Assembly: GCF_003704095.1 (NCBI RefSeq)
Contig: NW_020844790.1
Span: 248,001 to 312,000 of the forward strand
From: Pocillopora damicornis
Taxonomy: Eukaryota
Reading direction: 5' to 3'
DNA length: 64,000 nt
Shown here: positions 26,730 to 40,861 of the stretch, piece after piece
Layout: each line of letters begins with the position of its first letter
How positions within the stretch are numbered: the stretch's first letter is position 1
Translations under genes and position numbers: made by a program
The notes under the pieces: model-generated
What the model saw: only the letters and a program-made list of their open reading frames with translations
The model's database searches: none
Told to the model about the DNA's origin: nothing

Positions 26730-28801
26730 GCTGTGTATGACACAAGGACACTGGCGATTCTGGAATGAACAGAGTACATGGGAGGATCAAAACACCAATT
26801 TTTTGTTATATGAGAAGGTAATATTTTAGCATCGATCATATTTTTCTCATTTCGGTTTGAGAGGGGAACATTTGAAAGTTCTTAATAACTTATTAAGCCT
26901 TAGGATGAGTGAACAACAGAAATTTTCCATGGAATAAAAGTGAACTTTTTATGTGATGATTGAAGTCTTTTACTAGCCAATTCTTAGCACGCTACATGGT
27001 AACCAAAATTTACGAATTCATGGTGATGTACTCGTGGGTTTTAAGCTCAAATGACAAAACTGTACGAGGCACGCTTCCCAAAAAATTTAATAAGTAATAG
27101 AAAGCAAAGTAGCCCCATTCGATACTTATTAACATTGGATTATTGACAATGAAAATAATTTTTTGCTGAACTCCACCTTAGATGTAATGTTTGCAGATAT
27201 ACAAGCGAATCTTTGGCTTTTACAAGTCTATATCTATAAAATGCAAGTGTAACAGAGTTTTGGGGGGTAAAATGACATTTTAGGTAACGTTGACTGAAGT
27301 ATGGATATTGATTAGAAATCTGAACTAAAAAACTTACGTTCTTTTATATTGCTTGGGAGAGAACAAGTGCGAGCAAGTATCAGGCAAGACGACAGATATA
27401 AACCTAAATGAAATAAAAGCACTGAACGATTTTCCCCATTCAAACAATCCGTTATTTTTGGGGTTTTGACCATTAATTTCAGCTTACATCAACAGGTAGT
27501 CTTGGTCGCAGAAGTGCCCCTTTAGCTGGAATAAAAGAAGTAACAATATATCCCATCTGAAATTTTCTCAACTAAGTAAATTTCAAACGTAATCGCTTCA
27601 ATGATTTGACACATAAAGATAAAGGCGAAAATTGGTACCAGGTTACACGTGGTAATTATATGCATTTTTTTGTTTGTGGTGATTTAATACAATAGCTATT
27701 TGTTGAAAAAGGTTTTACGCAGGGATGGCTTTCAAACACAAACATGGTTCTAAATGATAGGGGTGAATTTCAAGCTTTACGTTGCAGCTCACTTTTTGGC
27801 CAAATGATCGAGAAGAAAATTAGATAATAAATCTGTAAATCAATGAAATGTAACAGGTAAGTAAGAAACTGTCGGCATACGATTTTGATAAGCGAACGTT
27901 ATAGTTTTTCTTTGACTTCGAAACTATCGATAATAGCAGACAGCCCCCGAAATGTCAGCTATTCCAGCGGATTCTTATGGCGTTTTACTCCTACTCAACG
28001 CTTCACTAATCAAGGGCCTAGCTGGGGGGGGAGGGGGTTCCTGGAGTGTCAGGGACCCCCCCCCCCCACTCTTTGTAAGCCATTTTTTAAACAACCTAAA
28101 ATATTCAGGTGGCGAAAACTGGTGAGAACCCCCTGTTTGACACAGTATGCCCACTTCCCCCCTCCCCCCTTTGAAAAATCCCGGAGACGCCCTAGGCCCT
28201 TGTTAATAGTTAAGAAACTGCATAGAAATTTTCTGCGATATGGTGCTGCTGATTCCTTAGGATCCCTTTATTTTGTTAAATCTCTTTAGTATTTTTAAGA
28301 AAGATAGTGTGAAAAGGAGAACAATAACTGAAAAGTGAGTCATGTTACCACATTCTATTTATCATTAATGGCAACTTAGCCAGGATGGATTAGTATCTCA
28401 TTTAACAAACCAGGAGTGATGTCAAATACAAAGGGCAAAAGGAAACATTGAGAAGAATATCAAAATGGGCGGGGAAAAGAAATGCAGAGAAGTTTGCCTT
28501 TTTTGAAACTTGCCATGGATTGTGTAAAACCTTCTTATCCCATCATAACCTCAATGCGTGGGAAAGGCTTATTTGTGAGGTGTCATTTTAGAAAATAGTG
28601 TATCGAACCAACCAATGTTCAGTAGAGTTTCGATTACATCACATTACCCTTCTGAAAATTTCAGAAGTTTGTTTTTGGGGAAAGTTTGCATCAAATTGAA
28701 AAACAGGTGACTTCGTAATTTGATTACCAGCAGCGTTGCAGAAGCTTGGAAAACGCTCACGCTTCTTTTTCCTATTAGCCTTCATTTTCTGAGATTTTCT
28801 G

Positions 28802-28944
28802 GGATCAATGTCAGTATCTGGACAAATGCGTGCCTACCTCTCCCTTCCCTAACTCAACAGCAGTCAAACTGACAACGAGAGAGGGTAAAGGTTGGGTTAC
28901 GGGAAGGTTAGGTGCATAGTTGCTCAGATACTGACTTTGACCCG
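28802..28944. mobile_element. MITE with long inverted ends
   Basis: ggatcaatgtcagtatctgg...cctacc / ggttagg...cagatactgactttgaccc form inverted repeats. Confidence 0.6.
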
Positions 28945-29046
28945 CATAACTTATATTTATACACGCACAAAAGTTGAAGCGATAGACGTCAATCAAGATT
29001 TGCAATGTAATAAACAAATAATTTTAATTGTTTCACATTATCTAAA

Positions 29047-30697
29047 TCATGAAGAAAATCCTTTTAAGCATGGAGCATTGAGGACCTGAAGAACAGAAAA
29101 AGCAACAGCATCAATAGGTGGTCCAACAATTCATTTTCTTACCCAAAATAGACACTCCTGAGCTAGCTAGAAAGGTTAAAAACTGGTCCGATGTCGGAAG
29201 TGATCAAAGAAACAATATCAAATATGACTTCTCCGAATAAAGTGCTTTCTTTATATCGGTTTGCATTGGGTAAATTCAAATTCTGTGGCACCTTTGATAT
29301 AATATTATCGGTAATGGAAACCTTTGATATGATTGATATTCAAAACAAAAAAATTATTAACGATAATGACAATGATAGTGACAAGGATAATGATACCACT
29401 ACTACTAATGATAATGACATGAAGTGTTTTAATGTAAGAAATATGCCTCAGGAGGCCATGTCAGTTTTTCTTCAATACATCCATCTGAATTCCTATCAAA
29501 ATTAAGGGATTTTCGACGAGGTGGATCACTCTGTGGAGTCTTAAATGCCTTATGCTGTGCAATCATATTCACTTCTGATTGACAGGATGAAAACGTTATA
29601 ATTTCGTACGCATGCTTCCCCTACATGAATTGATCCAACTAAATATAATTTTTTACCTCCATTGAGGCTGTTGGTTCTATCAGGCAGCAAATCCTTTTTA
29701 GCGTTGTGCTCGCACCATTTTTGAACCTATCTTTGCAGTCATGGTTTTCGTCTTTTATTCTCTTGAAATTGTGAGGACATAGCAGGTCGTTTTCAGCTGC
29801 ATTAGGATTTGTTGCCACGAAACAAGCTGCCCAGTCCGTATCACCAACGAAGGGTGCATAAATTCTCTTGTTATAGTCGTTAGGATCAGACATATAGTTT
29901 GTGCCACTACACCTGCTCGAAACATAGTGTGCTGAGGCATAGTATAAGTCATGTTAGAGGCTTTTAGCTTTAAAGAAGGGCACACATAGCAGTCACATTT
30001 ACAAAATATTCGCGCAAACGGTAAAGGGAAGATCACTGAACCAAAGATTTAGTGAGCAGGGCAATAGTTATTAAGGTATGAAATAAACTTTTTAGGTTTC
30101 TTGGCCCACTTTTGCAAAACATAACGTGAAATCATCTCCCCGCTATATTTAAGACTGATAAATTTGACAATAAAAAATTCTAGTTACAATTCTTTATAAG
30201 TTGCAAAATAGATTTGGCAATCTCAGTACTGTGGTAGGCAGTTACAGAGATTTAGATCAACGTTTGATGTGTAAACTGCAAACGTCAAACCGCGGTTAGC
30301 TATTTGATGTTAGAAGTTAAAATTTTGAAGTTTCGAGATTTTCAGCTTTTTAGATCGACGTAAGCCTGAAAAAAATCAACATGTGCGCCGCCATTTTGAA
30401 TTCCACAAAGGATGGCGGCCTTTATTTCAAACACAAAATGAGGCTAAAAGTTTGATGATCTGGTTTCCCAAACGGATTGGTTAGAAAGGAACAGGAGGAA
30501 GAAGAGCGCCGAGGGAATTGACTCCTAACGGTTTACGGTCAAACGTATTCAGAAACAAACGTGGATCTATTTTAATCGTCCTCGTAAAGAAATAAGTTCG
30601 AAGTGCTTCCCAAAGAGGAAACCGAATGATAGGAAAATAGTTATTTACCAGATATTATTGCAGCCACCACAAGCATGATCACTTTAAGGAGCTTCAT
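29047..30697 (-). pseudogene. 7-Cys peptide paralog B with a 1-nt frameshift (pseudogene, null allele or sequencing error)
   Basis: Exons 30649-30697, 29657-29912 (256 nt, 1 nt short of phase), 29047-29085: MKLLKVIMLVVAAIIS|GVVAQTIC/fs/DPNDYNKRIYAPFVGDTDWAACFVATNPNAAENDLLCPHNFKRIKDENHDCKDRFKNGASTTLKRICCLIEPTASME|VLNAPCLKGFSS*. Confidence 0.75.
30245..30575. mobile_element. MITE-like element in intron 1 of paralog B
   Basis: Inverted ends tagatcaacgtttg / caaacgtggatcta. Confidence 0.4.
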
Positions 30698-32661
30698 TCC
30701 CGATCTCTTTATTCGGCCTACGATTTTTTTTAAAACAATAAATTAAACTGCTATGACAGTACTAACATTGGAATCAAGTGGAAGATAAATTTTGTTTGAA
30801 TTACACGCCTGATTTCGAAGTATTCGAGTCTTAACTAAGAGCTCGTTTAATAACCCCAGCCGTCTGCAATTGAGCGCACGGCAAAACATAGAAAAATCAA
30901 GATTATGTCTCTTAATTTATTTGACCAGTTTTGTTGTTGAAGTTTCCTTAAGGGTTTGATGTTTGTTACGACGAGTCAAACAATGAAACTTATACACCAG
31001 AGAAGTGGGATATGTATTATGATTACGTTCAACTTGCCCGTTATGTTTTTGAATAATCATACCTGAAAATTCCTAACAAAGTTATATTTGTAATTAAACT
31101 ATAGTATGAAAAGGGCATGCGTTAAAAAAATACCCTTGATGGTAAAATTTAACTGAGAAAATGGCATTTTTGAAGGTAAACATTAACGTGGGTTCAGGCC
31201 AATGCAAAACGCCGCGTACTATATGATGCTTTAAAAAATACGTAAAAATTAGTGATAGATGGATCCGAGTGTGACTCGTTGTAGAGAACAGGAAAGGATA
31301 TTGGTCATATTATGATTAGCATGAACCTTTATCAGTGCAGTATCGCTTACCTCTGAGGTCCTTCAATTCTATGAAAGATACATTTACAACTTTGTGCGAG
31401 GTAAACATAAAAAGTACTTTAATTGTGAGGCAGCACGCTTCACTGATTTGTTATTTCGTTCAGGGTACCTGTCAATGCAATGATTGGGAAACTAGTTCTA
31501 TCACTTGGATTCCCCTAAAGACATAAAGCACTCTGATAATGTTAGGGGGAAAGTAGAACTCTACTGCGCTAACAATCAGTTACAACTCAAAATATTCTGG
31601 GTTTTTTCTCGAGATAAGCGTGAGAATTGAATTTTTATTTTAATTTCTGATTAATTAACAAGACTGATCGACTAATTGCCAACTGGTTGAACGACATCTT
31701 CTAAAGAAATATTGAATTTCGATGTCCTTAGTTAATTGTATAGAAAGGGTTTCTATACTATTGGGTAAGGACCACGTTTAGTTATCGAGGGGAAAAAGTG
31801 TTTGGATGGAATAGATCAAAATTGAATTTGATTCCCTCCAGATTGATATGATACAATTTCGACATGCCAAAATTAAATAATTATTCTTTTTTTTTATCAA
31901 ACGAAGAACAAAATGGTGTGTCATCGAGATTAAAAAAATTACGGACGAAATTCAGGTGAGTGTTCTTGTTCAGTTTTTCCGGCACCTAAGCAGGTACCAA
32001 TACGGGTACCAGATTTGGTGCAGTGCCAGGTACTCGTCCAAATCATGACCAGGTCACAGTTACCGTACTTTTCATGGTAATTCGAACACTGTGCTTCCCT
32101 CGAAACATATGCCAGTATTTAAAAATTTTCTGAGACAAAATCTTGGCAGCTTCAAGTACAATCTTATAAAAACTGGACTAAATTTTAGCAGGCCCTTGCT
32201 TGAATATGGCTCGTGTTTCGTGAGGTCTATTAAAATCGCATGCGAGATGGTCTTTTTGTTTAATTTCTCCCCTTTCTATAATATTGCCTGAAAAGCTATT
32301 ACGATGGAAAATGGCACCGTCATCGGGCTAGCATGCATTACGTTTCACAGTTAAATGTTATTACAAAGCATTTTAAAAAACCATTTTTCACTTGAACGTC
32401 GTGAAACTGAAGGACAGTAATTACGACGTCAGGGGAACATTTTATAAGAAGCCACTAGGAAAGCCAAGTAAATTCGGTTGTTCTTAAACGTAATGTTTTA
32501 TTAATCTTTTTCTATTTTATAACAGTATTTCATTCTTCAGTTGGCGAAATGCGCAACTCCCTGACTGTACTATCAGAAGTAAATTGAACTAATGAATACA
32601 TATCAGTGCTTTGTAGCAAAGGAAGATTTTGTTTGCAGATCTTGCTAATAAATCCGCTCTT

Positions 32662-34536
32662 TCAAGAACATTCAGCCTTGTTTAACTGCAAAATAAAGGA
32701 GTAGATGATAAATAAATATATAATTCGTCAAATAATAAAAACATTTAAAAAAAATTACTTTTCCAAAGTAAAAATAGCTAAGCTTGACTTTTCCATGGGA
32801 AAGGAAATTATAGTCAAGGTACTATAGTAAAACCTTGTGAAATGTTCTTATTTTTGCTTGCTTTTTAATCCCGTATGTATTTCAAACCTTCTTTGTCTCA
32901 TTAGAGGTTCTGTTAGGACAATAAGTAATAAAATAGTTTTATACATATCTACTTAAGAAGCTTAATTCACGAGCCAAGTTTCATTGCTTGTCTTTGCTTT
33001 CCTTGCAATGATCAAATCGAGACCTTTGTAAGCGGAGTCAAGCGCACTAATTCCGTACCCTTTCACCTGCGATTTTAGTTTTGTTGTGTTTTGCTGGAAA
33101 TTTTTTTTTTCAGTATTTAAACGATCTGAGGGATCGGTAATTATTTATGTCCGTAAGACTCTGCAATGTTCTTTTGATTCCCCCCTCCTTGGAAGTTAAC
33201 TGGTCAGTTCATTTATGTTGACCATGATGTCTGTGTTGACGACGACTGATTCCCCTTTCCTTAAGGCGAATAATAATAACTGTTCTGTAACTCGAAATAT
33301 AATAAAAGTTGAGGTTTACGTTAAACTTTAATTTTGGTTGCAGCAAGCAGCAAACACTGTCCACGCGATCTTTGTTACACCAGTTCCCGTCGTCAACCTT
33401 CGTAAGACCGAGTGGGCATATATCATTTCCGAGGCTATCCCTCTCTTTGTTGAGACATGCGACCCAGTCGGTGTCAATGAAGGGGGGTTTTTGGTAAAAT
33501 CCACATGATCCGTCCACTTGATGGTACAAAGATATATCTTGATAGGATAAAAATAAGATCACGCTTAAGTGCATTGTGTTTGTTCTGTCGACTAAGACAG
33601 AGTAAACGAGAGAATCATATGCCTGTTTTATGGCAGATGGTAATTAAAAGAAGAGCTCCTTGAACACTTGTCGGAAAAACAGCTCCACATGAGAAGAGAA
33701 ATATCGACTGCTCTTGATTTTGCAAGAGTTGCTGATAATGATTAGTTTATCGGGTAGTAATTTAAAAAGTGATACTGGCAGATCTTGCGAAACAGAGTGA
33801 GCAGGATAAATTGCTTTATGATCAATAAACTTGGTTTGAAAATAAAAGTAATTACTTTATTTAGGTGTTCCAAATCGATAGCTTGTTCCTTTTCCGCCTT
33901 TATTATTTTAAGAAGAGAGAACGATCTCGCATACATAACATCCCCAATTTGACACAGACGAGCTACAAGACAACTTGTCCTGCCAGAATTGTCCTTTCAA
34001 GGTCAGCAAGGGAAGTAGGCGTCGCAGTAAAGAGGACAACCCAGAACAAACCATTACTCGGGAGGGACTGATATCGATCACGACGAAAGACATTAAAGTC
34101 GACTTACATGGATATAGCTCTACAAAGCATCACACTTGTTTTCTAAATAAAATAATGCATGTCGAAGGAAATATTTAGACTCGAGAAAAAACAACAAAAC
34201 AATCTAGCCTTAATTACTTAGGAGAGGTTTGAGGGAGTTCTCGGTCGTATCGTTTTAGAGTCGTTTCGTAAAACTTATTTTCATTTGAAACGAAACGACT
34301 CATGACTTGCAGCTAATCGCCTTCGACTTAGGCGAAATGACTTGTAGTGCGACGACTTTGAAGCGAAAGGACCGAAAAGCGCTGGAACACGATACTTCAT
34401 GTGTTCTCCTCTGACGCAATTTCGTGAAAAACATTGGTCTTCCTTCAATTAATATATATACGACGCTACCCAGCTTACCAAACATAATAACATTAAGAAC
34501 CATCAGCAGAATTATGGTCAACCCTTTTCTTGTCAT
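32662..34536 (-). CDS. Small secreted 7-Cys peptide, paralog C (99 aa)
   Basis: Exons 34479-34536, 33320-33537, 32662-32685: MTRKGLTIILLMVLNVIMF|DISLYHQVDGSCGFYQKPPFIDTDWVACLNKERDSLGNDICPLGLTKVDDGNWCNKDRVDSVCCLLQPKLKFN|LNKAECS*. Confidence 0.85.
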
Positions 34537-36741
34537 CTTGTCTCTCTCCCTCTTGTAGCTATTGACATGAAAGGCAGAAACACTGCTGTGAGTTGTTGTA
34601 TCTTGTGTCTGGAGATGTGACTAAAAAAATGTTATTACTGTTCGCCCTTTAAAAGAACGTCTCACTACAAACTAACAACATTTGAAAATAAGTCTATGCC
34701 AATGAATAGTGACCGTGAAAATGAGAAAAAAATTAGACAGTTGATATCAGCATTTAAACAGATTGTTAGTTGCTGTACTCTTGCCTACGGAAGTTGATCA
34801 TTTTCGGCGTTCGTTTGTTACTTTTCAAAAGTTTAAACATGGTCTTTTATATTTTTGGTTAATTCTTGTCATACATTGTCCTGCGAAATGATTCTTGACA
34901 AATATGGGATGATTTCTCGTTGGGTTTAACGTCTCTACTTTTTCACCGACAGTCCTCAAGGAAATATCCTGCCTAATTTACATGAAGCTTATTACAAATT
35001 ATGGTATTTTTTTCTATTTTTTTTTTTTTACCTCGTTCAAGACGTTCTCCAACAGCGACTTTCTGTTATGACTTTTACTTTTTGACACAATAGCACACCG
35101 TGTAATGAATAATTAAGCAATCTCCTTGTTACATTGTTTGAAGAACGCTAGGTTTAAATAATTGTTTACCTTTTTGGTTCAGTTTTTTTTGTAATATCTT
35201 GGATCAAGGAGAAACATTTTTTTCGGTCATCTACGGGTGAGGGACAAAGAAAAATTATGAGTTGAGCTCGTTAAAGGACTCGAGAAAAACGTGTTTTCGT
35301 CTTTTCTTGGATCATGTCATGACACTATTATGATATAAATGTTTGTTTGTTTGAGACAAAGCAACAACCTTTAAACATTAAATGGAAAATTGTCAATGGA
35401 AGTAAATAGATGCAAATTGAATAGTCGTAGAAAATCATGTTCGTAGAATATTTTTTCCATTTTTTCATTCTTTAATGAAGTTTTCAATCAAAACGCCTTT
35501 ACTTCTTCTACATAGATTGAAGTTTCACTTTTAAACCACGCTTTACTGATGCATGCGTTGAAAACAAATGAAAAGGTGTTTAGTAAACAGTTGGCGAGGC
35601 TGGTCCAAACTTCAACACCAGTCGCATCTTTATATCACAAGAACAAGTTAGGAAACATTTTTTTAACGGGGAGGGAATAGATCAGTGAAGAAATAATGCG
35701 TCTTGATTATTTTATTCTGGCCATTTGATTAGTAAAAAAGCTGTACGATCTGTGTGTTAAAGGAGTTGATGTTACAGAACGTATCTTTTAAAGAGAAGGC
35801 AAGAATTCTTTTCAATTTTTTTCCCATTAGTTTTATCCTTAGGGTTAACGTATACACAAGTCAAAATGTTAGAAGGCACTTAGTACAGGGTACTTCAATG
35901 TATTTGTCTTTCATCGAATTACAAATGGACTTTAAACATAGAAAAGATTTTCACCTCAAAATAAATAAATGAACAGATAATTAGATAAAACGCTTTTAGA
36001 GATATTTCGAAGTGTATCGATTTTTTTAAAACCTCCGCTCTCAATAGCAAGGTTTCAATAGCCGGCTAAGTTATCAGCTGCTACAGCGATCATCATCCCT
36101 TAATCAAATCGCAAAGCGTTCCAAAATCAACGTCAGATTCCCCCTTAAGACTGGCCTTATGATGATTTTTCTGAGCACGAAAGTTGGTGACACTTCTATC
36201 CACTCTTAATTCATTCTTCTGGTGAGTCTCTGTGATTAAGATCTACCAGAGATCAAAAATGAAGAAAACGAGTTTCGATAAAATCCTATCTTACTGGAGA
36301 ACTGATAAGGGGCGAATTTGTACATGATAGGTTTATGTTGAAGTATACAAGTAGTTCAATATCAGTTAGAGCATTCAGAGGGGGCAGTTACAATTTTCAC
36401 ATAGATAGGGAAGAGTATTTTATTTTAGCAAGATTCCCACTCCAATAAAATTGTTGCATTCGTTCAAACGATCACTTTATTTATTGTTCACAGCTTGGCA
36501 AGGTGCGCCTTTAACCTACAAATGATAAAAAATAATAATAATTAGGCTTTTGGAAAGGTGAAATGTGAGCAAAAGCCAAATTGGAAGCCATACGTTTCCA
36601 AGTTGAATCTAATCACAGACCGATTACACACAGAAAAATCCCGACGATTTTTGCCATAGCCCCATCCTTCCCTAAACAGACACTATTGTCAATGCTACTA
36701 TCCACTCAAACTGCGAGACAGAGCAATTAGCGCTCCTTGTT

Positions 36742-37615
36742 TCATAGACTCTCAATGCTGTCGTGTTTATTGCAAGAGGGAGAATTTAACTGTGAAGAAA
36801 CTCATGTATGGCTAGAATATTAAGAGAATCAATACAGAGTATACAGCGACACGTAACAAAAGTATGTGGGTTCATTTTGAAAAGACAGCAGTTTTCGGAA
36901 AGGGATTCTGCAAAATCCAAGTGACTTTTTATTAAATCTGTTCTTTAGTATAGAGTAAAAAGGCATGCGGACTGTCATACCTTTACGTTCAAGGTTGGTT
37001 GTATGAGACAGCAAATCCTGGGGGAAGTACAAGGCCCACCTTTGATTTGAGTGAAGTCATATGGACATCCGCCACCGGTTTTTGGGTAAAAGCAGGATAC
37101 CCAATCTGTGTCGATGGCGCTGTAGTAGTACCCTGATTTTGCGCATTTCCCATCCAGTGTGCGAGCTGTGAATATTATTGCTTAGTGTTAATAAGGATCG
37201 TGAGCTGGAACGATTCTACATTCTTGTGCTCGCAAGGCATGTTTAGAGTTTTATGGAGTTGCCATTTTCGTTAAAAAGATAAGCAAAAGAGCCAATTTCA
37301 GAGTCTTTGACATACCCGTAAGATGATGGACACTTACTAGAAATTGGCTTTATTGAGACCTGATATTTCTAATTTGTATTGCATGTTGCGCAGGTTGATG
37401 GTAGGGACTTTGAGGGATTGGTGGTTACTTCTTAGTTTACCCGACATGGTTCTTGGCTGTTACTTCACCTTCCCTTGTAAGTGAAGAATACCGAATGCCT
37501 CCGGATAAGAGTTTATTTTAGTTTAGTTAAAACCGTGGTTTCTTTTCAAAGATCGCTTACCATACATGACGACCATCGTTACAAGCAGAAAGTACTTCAG
37601 GAAGCCGACTGACAT
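36742..37615 (-). CDS. Small secreted 7-Cys peptide, paralog D (95 aa)
   Basis: Exons 37561-37615, 36981-37165, 36742-36789: MSVGFLKYFLLVTMVVMY|ARTLDGKCAKSGYYYSAIDTDWVSCFYPKTGGGCPYDFTQIKGGPCTSPRICCLIQPTLNVK|LNSPSCNKHDSIESL*. Absent from the ORF track. Confidence 0.88.
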
Positions 37616-39387
37616 TTCGATGACTCTTCTTTAACTGGAAGACAACAACTGCTTGAGCTTCCGAAGCTGGTCAAAGTTTATTGTTTGACTGTATGCTTTA
37701 GATTAATTTGCGCTGAGAGAGAAAGCCAGTAGTTATGCAACTGAAATTATCACTACACGTAAAAGTAACGCTGTCTTCAGCAGTAAACATAATTATGCCT
37801 ACAATTAAGTTAAAATGCCGCGATCATTTCGCTTAGATTAGATCTCAGTAGCTTTTCAGTTCGTTGGCACAGAATTTAATATGGATTTTATTAACTAGAT
37901 TACTATATTTCGTCATGTCTTTCCCTTTCACAATGATAATATACGTGATTTTGTACAGGCTAATAAAAACGGAAAGCGGCTTTCCTGTCTTGAACAATCG
38001 ACTACGGTAAGAACTTGGCGGTTACTCTCTCGCCATTTATAAAATAAATACTGTATATGAATGGAATAAATATGGATTTCCAAAATTTTAAATAAAACAC
38101 GATATCATTGGGTCTTTTAAATTTCGCCACTTAGAAAAAAGTAAAACCATATATTTACTTATTCAGAAATTAACCGCTTTACCAGGTAATAAAACAGTAT
38201 CTCTATTTGAATCGAATTAGCGAATTCTGATTGAGGTTATTATAGATTTTCATCGTCTTCAATCAAGTATCAAAAACAATAAAACAGATTTTTAAATTGT
38301 TTCAATCTACCTCTTCGTTCGAAGTCAGCATATATCTCCCGATCCAGTGTTTCGTACAATGGCATACAGTTTATTAAATATCGAGGTAATCACCTGCTTC
38401 GTTTGTTTGCATAGCGTTGGGTTTATGTAAACATTTTATGGTAAAAACTATCCAAATTCAGGTTTGTCACTCTGACTCCACTGAGCAGTCCTGCCTTTTA
38501 AGCACCTCAGAAAAAAAAAATTCAAAACTATTTTCTCAAAATTTGCCTCTTTAGTTGCCAACTCTTACTCTTGCACTCGTCCATGAATTGGGCCATCACT
38601 AGAACTGAAAGTGGACAGCCGGTAGTTATTGATATCACAAATCGGTACTATACAAGAGGTATGATGATTAAACAGAATGGTTAAATTTCATCTTGAATTT
38701 AGGCAGCTATGATGTCAACTTGATATCTCTAGGAGTAGGAAGTATTTTATGAAATTTGAGGTTTCTATTTTAGTAATATTGGCAGTACGATTTGGTATTC
38801 CGCATGTTTTTGTCTTTTCAAAATCAGTTTACTTGACATGTTTATCTCTGATTCCCTTATTTTTTTAAGGAAGTATCTATTTCCAAAAACGAAGTCACTT
38901 CCTCTTCAGTTATGTCTTTGCAATTATTTCGCCATTGCATGGAAATGTTCAGCCTGGCCAGCGGTTTTGAGTGCGCTTTACGGGTTTCGAGTGAGCCAAA
39001 CGATGTGCGGCGAAGGTGTGAGTGAAACTACTTTCCCTCCCAAGCCTCTTACTGCTTCGTCACTCCGCCTTGGAATACCAAAAAAAAAAGTCAACAAATA
39101 AAAAAAACCGCCGGTTACGCGTGCAAGCTAGGAAATGTTTAAAGAGTATCAAATTCTAGTCTGCTTGTTTTATTTGAGGCACCTAGGCCAGCCATGCGTC
39201 TGATGAATTGTTGGAGGGTTGTCAAGGTAGGGGAGGGAAAGAAGGGATTGAAAAGCAGGTGTTGATGAGAGAAACCTTTATGACCATTTGATGTATATTT
39301 ACAAGGTTTTTTTGCACTGTTAGATTTGAGATTTTATTTCCTTTTCTCCATTCCTCTTTGAAAGCTAATAGCTACACCAATTGCGAA

Positions 39388-39503
39388 ATGCTGATTTCCC
39401 TTAGAAAACCGTTTTATTTTGAAGACAAAGTTACTCAATTGCGACATGCTGATTTCTTTTTCCACCATAGAAAACCGTTTAATTTTGAAGACAAAATTAC
39501 TCA
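39388..39503. repeat. Short direct duplication
   Basis: atgctgatttc...tagaaaaccgttt.attttgaagacaaa.ttactca occurs twice. Confidence 0.75.
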
Positions 39504-39676
39504 TTAAGAAGGAACACAGGTGACTTAACGGTTTGCAAAACACTCCTTAAAAAAAATGAGGCTAAAATTTTGAGAGTTCCAATAAATATGATTGCAAATA
39601 TCATCTCTACAACCGCTCTTATTCGACGTAATAAGATTCAAGGCAACAAACGTTTTGAGTAATGGCGTCATTTATT

Positions 39677-39810
39677 TCATTTGCTAATCCGGCCTGGCAA
39701 ACAAGGATCAGGGTCAACCTGCAACATAAAACGACAAATGAATAAAGGGTGTAAGTTTCTAAAGAAACTGGGGCGTTACGTCGGTGGTGGGAATAATAAT
39801 ATAATTTGGT

Positions 39811-39841
<31 letters not shown>

Positions 39842-40861
39842 GATCGTAAAGAGTTTGTAAAGCTGGATTTTCGAGCGTCAGACCTTCGTCAGAGCAAAGT
39901 GAAAACAAACAACGAGCTGAGATTCCATTTACAAACAAGACATTTTTAAATTCGTCTCTATCCTGGCTAGTAAACTACCTGTACTTTTAGAGTAGGTTGT
40001 ATGATACAGCAGGCCCTTTTCCCAAATTCATTTCGGCTAACACGAACTTCGCCGCAAAAATCTCCTTCTACTTTAAGAAAATCAGCCGGACAGCCGCCAT
40101 TGTAGTCATCGGTGAAGAAACACGCAGCAAAGTCGGAATCGAGAGTGTTTGCTTGCTGGGATAGATGTGAACATTTCCCTTCCACGGAATAAGCTGGGAA
40201 GAGGATGGTAACATTTCTCTTTTTATATGGCGAATGAAAATTTATGAAAATAGGAAATAGGTGAAAAAAAGGAATTGTTGAATGAGTGATACATGATAAA
40301 AAGGTCTTAGTGCGTTTACAAATCTTTAGACTGGAACTGCTTCGTCACGGCTACAAGTATGGCCGTGATGTAGACCATTGTTTTTTAATTGAACCAAATA
40401 AGAGTACATTTAATCAGTGAAGCAGTCATTAATATCGCACTAACGGTGAGCTTTATATGCAGTCGATGAGAATCTAAAAGGTAATGTTTTGAAAGATATG
40501 TTTCCAACTGTCACGATGAGCCTTTTTTTTGAATCAGCAATTCAAAAGCCCTGGGTCATTCGAAAATAAACCTTCGATAGAATTATCAAGTTACCAGAAT
40601 GCTAGCCATTATCTGAATTCACTAAAATCAAAGCACCAGGAAATTTATTCCGGCTTGACAAGAACCGAAATCTTCACCTATGATCAAATATAAGATCTCT
40701 ACTGTTTAACTCTGAGGTATATCGAGTCATATTTTCGGCTCTTTCGTACATGGTTAAGTGTATGGAAAAAACGATTTTACAAGTTTCATCATACACCGCT
40801 TACCATTTATGATTAAGAGCAGTATGAGGAGAGAAGACTTCAAATCCAACCTGTCTTCCAT
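39677..40861 (-). CDS. Small secreted 7-Cys peptide, paralog E (104 aa)
   Basis: Exons 40804-40861, 39979-40193, 39677-39718: MEDRLDLKSSLLILLLIIN|AYSVEGKCSHLSQQANTLDSDFAACFFTDDYNGGCPADFLKVEGDFCGEVRVSRNEFGKRACCIIQPTLKVQ|VDPDPCLPGRISK*. Confidence 0.85.
39753..39897 (-). mobile_element. Copy of the hammerhead-bearing dispersed repeat, in intron 2 of paralog E
   Basis: Minus strand gctCTGACGAaggtctgacgctcGAAAatccagc; body matches 9805-9966. Confidence 0.6.

Noticed and set aside
29191-29505. 104-aa ORF with a D/N/T-rich tract
   Set aside because: It is a degenerate trinucleotide microsatellite, antisense within intron 2 of paralog B.
29755-30036. 93-aa ORF as an independent gene
   Set aside because: It is the out-of-frame reading of paralog B exon 2 plus intron sequence.
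39334-39543. 69-aa ORF with repeated SNFVFKIKRFS
   Set aside because: It is a by-product of a local DNA duplication.
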